A stretch of 64,000 nt of DNA from an uncultured bacterium. GTDB lineage: Bacteria; CSSED10-310; CAZUFC01. This document shows positions 57,286-64,000 of the stretch, one piece after another. The stretch spans positions 1 to 64,000 of the forward strand of contig CAZUFC010000026.1 in assembly GCA_964619725.1 (NCBI GenBank), in the 5' to 3' direction. Numbering within the stretch: the first letter of the stretch is position 1; each line of letters begins with the position of its first letter. Both the position numbers and the translations under genes were made by a program. The notes under the pieces are model-generated. The model was not told where the DNA came from, ran no database searches, and was given only the letters and a program-made list of their open reading frames with translations.

Positions 57286-57469
57286 GGTCAACCGTAATCG
57301 ACATCCATTGACACAGTTCAGGTAATTGCGGTTATTGACCCGGCATAGACCGTTACGCTATAATTAAATAGAAAAACATGGAATGTCGCTTCGAAACTGA
57401 AGCAGAAGAAACATCAGTGACGTTAATGTTGGTTTTGAATCAATAATTGGATGAAGGAGGAATGAAGCA

Positions 57470-58091
57470 ATGAAAAATGTTAAGAAAATAAGCATGATGT
57501 CTGTAATGGCGGCAATTGCGCTGATCGCGTCAATGTGGATGACATGTTCCATCGTTCAGGCTGATGATTTTGATCCCTACAGAATATACGTATACGCCGA
57601 CGATTTTGATACGGACAAAGCCAGGGAAGACAGCTACGATCATTCAGTCTTCTGGCCGGAAAACGCATTCCCGCCGCCTGAACCGTATCTCTTTTATTCC
57701 TCCATGTACGGGATACCGCCGTCAGGACCGAGGGGACTGGCGTTTGCGGATTATTATGGCGAGCCGGCTCATCTGAATTACTGTTTTCCAGTTCGCAATT
57801 CGCATTTTTTTTTCACAGGAGTTTGCCATGGAATGCCGGCGAGTGAGGGGATACATAGAATTCGACGTTTTATTCAATGAGGACGGATATTTCTGTTATT
57901 CGATTTCGCATGACGGCATTCACTGGACTTTTCCCATTCCGGTAGAGCCCGGACATCAGCAAATAAGAATCGGCTCAGACCAGGGTACATGTTACGTGAG
58001 ATTGATGGGTGAGAGAGCATTAATGGATAATCTGCGGGTCGTGCTGAAGAAAATGGAGGTCCAGGAACCATCGCACTTCTTTTTTCCTTGA
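57470..58091 (+). CDS. secreted hypothetical protein split at a T9 tract (57805-57813)
   Basis: AAGGAGG RBS and signal peptide; removing one T fuses 57470..57880 with 57828..58091. Confidence 0.5.
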
Positions 58092-58230
58092 GACCTCACC
58101 TCCTGACCCCCTTTCCTTCACCAGACTATTACACACACGTGACACAAGAGTTCGATTGGCTCTATTCTGTATATTTGATTTAAGATTGCGATGCCTATAC
58201 CGACCCCGATACCCGACAGAGGCTGCGTGG

Positions 58231-58362
58231 GATCAAAAATGCGTCTTTTGAGGTTACTGTTCTTCCGAATTTCCCATCATTTTGTTTCGATATCAACCCC
58301 TGATTATCGAAACAAAATGTCAAACGTTTTGAAGGAAGCGTAACCCCGGTTTGATCAGTCCC
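58231..58362 (-). repeat. dispersed repeat family A, copy 8
   Basis: GATCAAAAATGCGTCTTTTGAGGTTAC...GTAACCCCGGTTTGATCAGTCCC. Confidence 0.85.
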
Positions 58363-58426
58363 GAATGATCCATTGTTTAAATATGAGCCTGCCCACCCTA
58401 AATCTAAACAAAATCCCATCTGACTC

Positions 58427-58464
58427 CCCCTCTCCAGCCATGGAGAGGGGGCCGGGGGGTGAGG
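58427..58464. repeat. CCCCTCTCCA/TGGAGAGGGG palindromic repeat (REP-like or terminator); degenerate relatives near 43193-43295 and 58094-58117
   Basis: 10-bp perfect stem, 4-nt loop, followed by GGGGGGTGAGG. Confidence 0.6.
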
Positions 58465-58470
58465 TAAAAA

Positions 58471-61008
58471 CTAAGATGGATCGACAAGCCGGTGCAATTT
58501 TATCCCGGGTTTCAATTTTTTCCGTTCATCGTCCGGACTATCCTTCGTCTGGTCAATACGGCGTTTCGCCTGGAGATACTCATTGTAAGCTGCAGATTGA
58601 GCGTCAGAAATCGATTCCGGTTTCCCAGTTCCGCCGGAAATGTTTTCAGCGTAACATAAAGCGCTGAAATAAAGCCTCTGCGCAGTCGATTCAAACTGGA
58701 AAAAATCAGCGATATCCGCCAGGGTATCAAGAGCTGCAGTTGCCGTGGAGTTACCGGGAAACCATCTTATTTTATTGATGAATAGGGAGGACGAAGCGTT
58801 TTCATCAACGCTGACGATAACGATTCTCGATTCTACCCTCTGATGAAATTCGATCATCACGTGGGACCATTCTGCTTTTTGAACGGAGAATTCCACTGTT
58901 CTTTCATCATTGAATGTAATTTTACCATGGGCATCGACGCCGGCATTTTCTGATTTGACCGACAGCAGCATTTTTTTATAACGGGAGCCGGGCGGCAAAT
59001 GAAATAGAATTTCCGCGCCAGGGGTAAGTTCCCGGCCGTATTGCGTCTGAAAATGAAAATAGGGATCGATGGGATAAGGGTAGACTTTTCCGCCCCTGTG
59101 AGTAATCCTTTCACGGTCTTCCGCTTCCATTTTTGATGAAAAGACGCCGCACCATCCGAAAGTTTGCATGATGATTGAAAGGCCGAGGAGGAAAGCAAGT
59201 GATAATTTGAATGCAATGCTGATGAGTTTTCGTTTTTTTGCGAGCAGGATGAAATCGACCAGCAACAGCATCAGAACGAAAGACCATATCCATGTCATTT
59301 TGGAGGGTCTGACGACGGAGGGGAGCAATTGAGTCAAAGAAAGATGGAGCGTGCTGCCCAGCGTTTCTATGGCATCATTGGCGCCGTCGGCGAAGTTGTA
59401 ACGCCATTCGGGTTGTATGAACAACGCGCATGTCCATAGCACAGGTATGAACAGGCCCATAAAAACCAAGGGATTTTTAATGGTTTTATTTTTATATTTT
59501 CTTGCTGCATGAATGCTTATCAGGGGTATCCAGAGAGGAATGACCGGCAGAAGGTATCTCAATGGCGGGGTGGGAAGACTGTGCCAGGTCCTGTGTCCCG
59601 ATATGGCGATAATGTATGGCAGCGTAAGAACAAGTAGTCTGGAGACGGTATACTCTTCGCCATATCCCTTTTTTTTCAACCGCTTTCTGCGTTCCATCAA
59701 ACCCGGAATAATCAGGATATAAAGAGGAGAAAAAAAGAGTAAGCCTGATTCCTGATCAATTAAGAGTCCGATAATGACTTTTGGAAAATCCGAGCCGGGC
59801 AGGAAAGCCGAAATTTTGCGTAAGCTGCCGAAACGATTGAAAAACAGGTCGCCTTTGAGCAAAAAATAATCGATACTTAAATAGACGGCGACGATGACTG
59901 CGATCAGGAGGGAAAATCGCAGTAAGCGAGCTTTATTTCTCATTAACGACAGGATAAGAAGCAGCGCAAAAGAGCAGCAGATCGGGGCATAGCGGAATTT
60001 CAGAAACAGCAGAATTGCGGTTATGGATATGATTATGGAGAAAGACAGTATTGTCTGTTTTCCGGCGGAAAGCTTCATGAAACAGATAAAGCCGACGAGG
60101 GTCAAAAGCGCTGCGAGCATATCCGGGTAAACCTGTGATGAGTAGACACTGATGGGCAGCGCCAGGCAGGCGGCAGCAGTCGTCCCAAGAGAGACGGCGA
60201 CGTTATGAGTCGTTTTGAGGCAGGTTTTAAATATCAACAGAGCCAGAAAAGCGCTGATAAGGCACATTTCGATCAGGACCCCGTTATATCCGAATATGAT
60301 ATAGCCGGGAGCGAGCAGCAGGGGAAAAAGGAAGCCCAATCCCTGAGAATAGATTTTTCCAGGGCTTACGATGTCGGAGGGTTTGGTTTCCAGTTCATGC
60401 CTGTAAAAGGAACGATAATCCTCATCATGGTAATTATTATATTGATTCATATCCTGGTCGTGAATCATGCTGTGCGTGATAAGCAGATAATGAGGTTCGT
60501 CTCCGAAAGTTGTGCCGGCTCCGCCGAACCATCCGGCAGCCCCAAGAAAAAAGAGAAATGCCACAGTGAAAATGACCGCTGATTTCGGCTCAGGGAATTT
60601 TTCTTCCGGTTTTTTCAGCCCCCGGTTCGGATGCATCGTAAGAGAGAGAACGGCAGCAGTTTTAAAAAGAAGTCCGGCGAAGTAAAAAAAACCGAGGAAC
60701 CATTCTTTTTCAACCTGATCGCTGAACAGAACAATCAGAATGGCTGATGAAAAGGCTATTGCATTGAACAGGAGGTCAATTATGAGCAGCAAGTCGCAGC
60801 GCGTTCTCCTTGAAACATTGATTTCCAGGGAAATCAACTTAAGCAGGAGCGAAAGCGAGAGATAAACGAAAGGCAGATAGAACAAAAGAAGAGGCGTCCA
60901 TTGAAAATCAAAAGGGGCTGACGTTCTTAAGATAAGCGTCCTGTAAAACAAACTGAAAAAGAGGGCTAAAGCGGTATAGACGATAATATTTGAGATGCTC
61001 TTTTTCAT
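58471..61008 (-). CDS. polytopic membrane protein, GT-C glycosyltransferase-like
   Basis: GDEPHYLLITHS..HDQD loop, YSSQVYPD, LKFRY, LIDQESGLLFFSP. Confidence 0.7.
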   Translation of the reverse strand: MKKSISNIIVYTALALFFSLFYRTLILRTSAPFDFQWTPLLLFYLPFVYLSLSLLLKLISLEINVSRRTRCDLLLIIDLLFNAIAFSSAILIVLFSDQVEKEWFLGFFYFAGLLFKTAAVLSLTMHPNRGLKKPEEKFPEPKSAVIFTVAFLFFLGAAGWFGGAGTTFGDEPHYLLITHSMIHDQDMNQYNNYHDEDYRSFYRHELETKPSDIVSPGKIYSQGLGFLFPLLLAPGYIIFGYNGVLIEMCLISAFLALLIFKTCLKTTHNVAVSLGTTAAACLALPISVYSSQVYPDMLAALLTLVGFICFMKLSAGKQTILSFSIIISITAILLFLKFRYAPICCSFALLLILSLMRNKARLLRFSLLIAVIVAVYLSIDYFLLKGDLFFNRFGSLRKISAFLPGSDFPKVIIGLLIDQESGLLFFSPLYILIIPGLMERRKRLKKKGYGEEYTVSRLLVLTLPYIIAISGHRTWHSLPTPPLRYLLPVIPLWIPLISIHAARKYKNKTIKNPLVFMGLFIPVLWTCALFIQPEWRYNFADGANDAIETLGSTLHLSLTQLLPSVVRPSKMTWIWSFVLMLLLVDFILLAKKRKLISIAFKLSLAFLLGLSIIMQTFGWCGVFSSKMEAEDRERITHRGGKVYPYPIDPYFHFQTQYGRELTPGAEILFHLPPGSRYKKMLLSVKSENAGVDAHGKITFNDERTVEFSVQKAEWSHVMIEFHQRVESRIVIVSVDENASSSLFINKIRWFPGNSTATAALDTLADIADFFQFESTAQRLYFSALCYAENISGGTGKPESISDAQSAAYNEYLQAKRRIDQTKDSPDDERKKLKPGIKLHRLVDPS

Positions 61009-64000
61009 GGAGATTCAGCTTTTTCATGCAATATATCGATTTTAAGCGGCCTTACGCTGAATTTTTCATTCTTTTGAGGTACAGGCAGGAATGCGGCGAC
61101 ATCGACCTGGAAGACTCCCTTTCCGAAAGCTGAGGCAAATGTGACTTTTTGGGGAATGACAGGTTCGTCTAAAGTAATGCGGGTCAGGTAGTTATGTGCG
61201 GTATAAGGGATATCGAATTCAACGGCCGGCCAGGAGCTGAAGATGTCGGGTCTGCTGTGCGGCAGTTTACCTTTCACTGTAGGAAAGTCGTAAGCCTCTT
61301 CCGCCGTATTTCTTCCGATGATAATGGGAAATTTAAAATTACGATCTTCGCCCACGAATGTAACTTCAGCTATTTTAGTGTTAAAGGGTATCACGGACAG
61401 TACATGGGAAACCCGGGAAACCAGCACAAATTCACTGGACAAATGCGCGGCCGGCATCTTTAACTCTATCTGATCGTAACCGGCTATGGCCACGGTATGA
61501 GGTAAAACGAAAACAGCGGACTTCAGCATATCTTTAAGTTTACGAACTGCTTTTTCATCCGGTTTTGGACCTTCGCCTGGAGAAACTTCTATAGAATTCA
61601 AAACCATTACATTATCAAAAAACATGGTGCGTTCAGACACTTTTATTACAGATTCGGGATCGGCAGGATTGATTTTCAAACCTGTGAAGAAACGTCCCGT
61701 CCCCATATCGAAAGGCAATTCCAGTTGTCTGTCGTATTGTAAGTTTTTGCCTTTCTGCAGAGTGATGGGGACAGAGCAGGAACGTTCCCCGGAGAAGAGA
61801 CAGATTTCATAATCATGTTCTCCTGGGGAAGTTTCAGATGAGCGGGAATATTGAAAGGAGAAATTAAATCCCTGGCCTTGACTTATGCCGGCGGGAGCCA
61901 GGTTGGAACGGAATATCCTGACGTCATTAAGCGTGCCGCGTGGGGTATCTTCAAATTCGATGGGATTGGGAAGCGAATTCTTGGATATCAACGGTTCGTC
62001 TCGCCTTTTCAGAAGATTTCCGAGAAACGGCCAGACGGGTGAAGGATTTACATTGACATAGTCGATGTCGATCGGACGATCTTCATTGCTCTCGCAACGC
62101 AATACCGCTTGACCGTTTCCCCGGGTATTTTGAGTTTTAAAGGAGTATGATTTCCAGATATCCGTATTTATTTTTTTTCTGTCTATCATTTTACCGTTGA
62201 TGAACAGAATCAAATCAACGGATTTCAGGCCGGGTTCAGGGCACCTGGCATTGACCAGGACTTGAGGATCAACTCCAGCCGCTATCAGGGGGAATTTGAT
62301 TTCTTCCATTGGAGGCAATCGCCAGCTTGTTTTATAAGGCCAGATTTTCGAAAACGTTGAATGCCAGACCTTGCGACCCCCGGTGCGGACAGCCTCAGGG
62401 TCCTCTGCCTCAATTATCGCCGTTGATATTTTGGTTCCCATTATGCCCATACACAAAAGAAATACCGCAAATAAGCATATTAAAGGAAACGGAGGAACGT
62501 TCCAGCGCGATAAAATATCCTTTTTTTCTTTTAATTTAAAATAGATTACCAGGATTCCCACGCCTGCCAGAGCCAGTCCCGTCAACTGGAAAATCAAAAA
62601 AGTATCCGGACGATCGAATAGGGGAAATAAACGGTGAAGACGCAATTCGGTCATGTAATAGAGCCACTCGAAAAATTTGTTCGTCTCTCCGGGAACGTTA
62701 AACTGGAATGAAGGATTGATGAGAAAAACGGCAGACCAGCCCAGGCTTAATCCCAGGGCGCTTTGAAACACAATTCCTTTCTTGCCGATTGCAAAATAGC
62801 CGACCAGCGGCAGGGATGCTAGAGCCAGCCAGACGACCATGAAACGACCTGGAGAACTGTAACCCCCGATCAATTCTGCGGAACTGGCTATAACTAAAAA
62901 ATAGGGAGCCAGGAGGAAGATGCCTTTCAAGGTTTGAAATAAAATTTTATGACTTTGCGTTTCGTTTTTTACCCTTGAGATTCCCAATAAACGGCTGATT
63001 CCTGCAAGTGTAAACAGGAGAACGGGAGAATAAAAAAGTATGCCGTACTGCTGATCGAGCAGCAAAGCCAGGGAACCGAGCGCCAGACGGATCGGCGATG
63101 ACATTAAACTATCCAGGTTGTGCCCGAACAAGAGGGTTCCGAAGCGGTAAATATTGTATCCCGCAAGAAGAGATAGAAGCAGTATGAAAATGGCGGCGAC
63201 GATGAGGGTAATTTTGCGGGGGAGTTTTTTTTTCGCTGCAGACAAAATCAGTAAGGGTATGGAGATCATCAGGTATCTCATTTTCAGAAGCCCTGTAACT
63301 GTCGTCAAACAGATCGATCCCGCTATGCGCGCCAGTCCCCTCTTAGTCATCATTAAATACAAATAAAATAATCCCATGATAGCGGCAGCTCCGAAAATTT
63401 CCGTATATATTCTTCTGGTATAGGGAAACAGAGGAACTGTGAACATGAGAACGCACAGCGCCTTAAAAACGGCGTCGGCATTTCTGAAAATAAGCACGGC
63501 GGAAGAAAACCAGAGCAAGGCGAAAACCGCGCCTGTGATCGCCGGGGTAACAGCAGCGCCGGTTCTTCCCGCAAGGATGAAAGCCGGTAAAATAATCAGG
63601 GATGGAAGCGGGCTGTGACGCGAATATAAACGGCCGTCTCGATTGGGGTCCCAATCCTGGGGTCCCAGGGCCCGGCTCATGAACTCAAGAGACGTTTTCC
63701 GACGGTACTCATCCGTCAATTCAAGATCGCCATCCTCATACAGGCTGTGCGCCATGAGGATGAAATAAGGCTCATCCCCGGTCAGCTCGGAAAAGCGGCT
63801 TTCATATACGGCAAAACTGCTTAAGCATAAAGCGAAAAACAGAAAGACCGCCGTCCGGTTTATGACTGGATTTTTTTTCTGATGAACGCTCGATAGGTAT
63901 TTTGATGTAATAATGAAAAGTAAAATTGCATCGGTCGCGATAAATATCAGAACAGCGATTTTTAATAAAATAATCAGCGCAGCAGGTCCGATATTGATAA
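61005..64000 (-). CDS. paralogous GT-C-like membrane protein; 5' end lies beyond the window
   Basis: frame is open from the window edge through LTGDEPYFILMAHSLYEDGD; LKMRY, LLDQQYGILFYSP. Confidence 0.7.
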   Translation of the reverse strand, partial: INIGPAALIILLKIAVLIFIATDAILLFIITSKYLSSVHQKKNPVINRTAVFLFFALCLSSFAVYESRFSELTGDEPYFILMAHSLYEDGDLELTDEYRRKTSLEFMSRALGPQDWDPNRDGRLYSRHSPLPSLIILPAFILAGRTGAAVTPAITGAVFALLWFSSAVLIFRNADAVFKALCVLMFTVPLFPYTRRIYTEIFGAAAIMGLFYLYLMMTKRGLARIAGSICLTTVTGLLKMRYLMISIPLLILSAAKKKLPRKITLIVAAIFILLLSLLAGYNIYRFGTLLFGHNLDSLMSSPIRLALGSLALLLDQQYGILFYSPVLLFTLAGISRLLGISRVKNETQSHKILFQTLKGIFLLAPYFLVIASSAELIGGYSSPGRFMVVWLALASLPLVGYFAIGKKGIVFQSALGLSLGWSAVFLINPSFQFNVPGETNKFFEWLYYMTELRLHRLFPLFDRPDTFLIFQLTGLALAGVGILVIYFKLKEKKDILSRWNVPPFPLICLFAVFLLCMGIMGTKISTAIIEAEDPEAVRTGGRKVWHSTFSKIWPYKTSWRLPPMEEIKFPLIAAGVDPQVLVNARCPEPGLKSVDLILFINGKMIDRKKINTDIWKSYSFKTQNTRGNGQAVLRCESNEDRPIDIDYVNVNPSPVWPFLGNLLKRRDEPLISKNSLPNPIEFEDTPRGTLNDVRIFRSNLAPAGISQGQGFNFSFQYSRSSETSPGEHDYEICLFSGERSCSVPITLQKGKNLQYDRQLELPFDMGTGRFFTGLKINPADPESVIKVSERTMFFDNVMVLNSIEVSPGEGPKPDEKAVRKLKDMLKSAVFVLPHTVAIAGYDQIELKMPAAHLSSEFVLVSRVSHVLSVIPFNTKIAEVTFVGEDRNFKFPIIIGRNTAEEAYDFPTVKGKLPHSRPDIFSSWPAVEFDIPYTAHNYLTRITLDEPVIPQKVTFASAFGKGVFQVDVAAFLPVPQKNEKFSVRPLKIDILHEKAESP

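Noticed and set aside
56453-57364. Similar TTGAC...AGACCGTTA...TATAAT sequences on both sides of the MNT-HEPN pair as an insertion duplication
   Set aside because: Only a 9-bp core plus promoter-like boxes; too short to distinguish from chance.
1-64000. tRNA, rRNA, integrase or prophage genes
   Set aside because: None recognised by eye; tRNAscan and Rfam were not run.

Overview
Bacterial chromosomal window. Housekeeping and envelope genes: EpmA-like ligase, tandem ThyX, PduO-type adenosyltransferase, miaB, DUF151 nuclease, a gspE-F-G-H-I-J-K-L-M-D type II secretion cluster followed by two Ig-like (Big_1) lipoproteins, beta-helix and IPTL-CTERM-like surface proteins, an RsbV/RsbW pair, NagZ plus a peptide ABC transporter, and GT-C-like membrane proteins. 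The main feature is an apparently complete diversity-generating retroelement (DGR) at about 28.1-36.8 kb. It has a reverse transcriptase (31243-32250), a 137-bp template repeat (32438-32574), Avd (32602-32934) and an extra HTH/four-helix-bundle accessory gene. It has TWO inward-facing ~1000-aa target genes of NLR-like architecture (DUF4062-NACHT-FGE/C-type-lectin). Their variable repeats differ from the template only at template adenines (18 and 19 mismatches by manual alignment), and each is followed by the same 8-bp hairpin 32 nt after the stop. The cassette is bracketed by direct copies of a dispersed ~150-190 bp MITE-like repeat that occurs about 10 times in the window. Several other intergenic repeat families and decayed genes (HEPN, addiction antitoxin, DIP1984-like) are present. 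All family assignments come from motif recognition by eye, not database searches.
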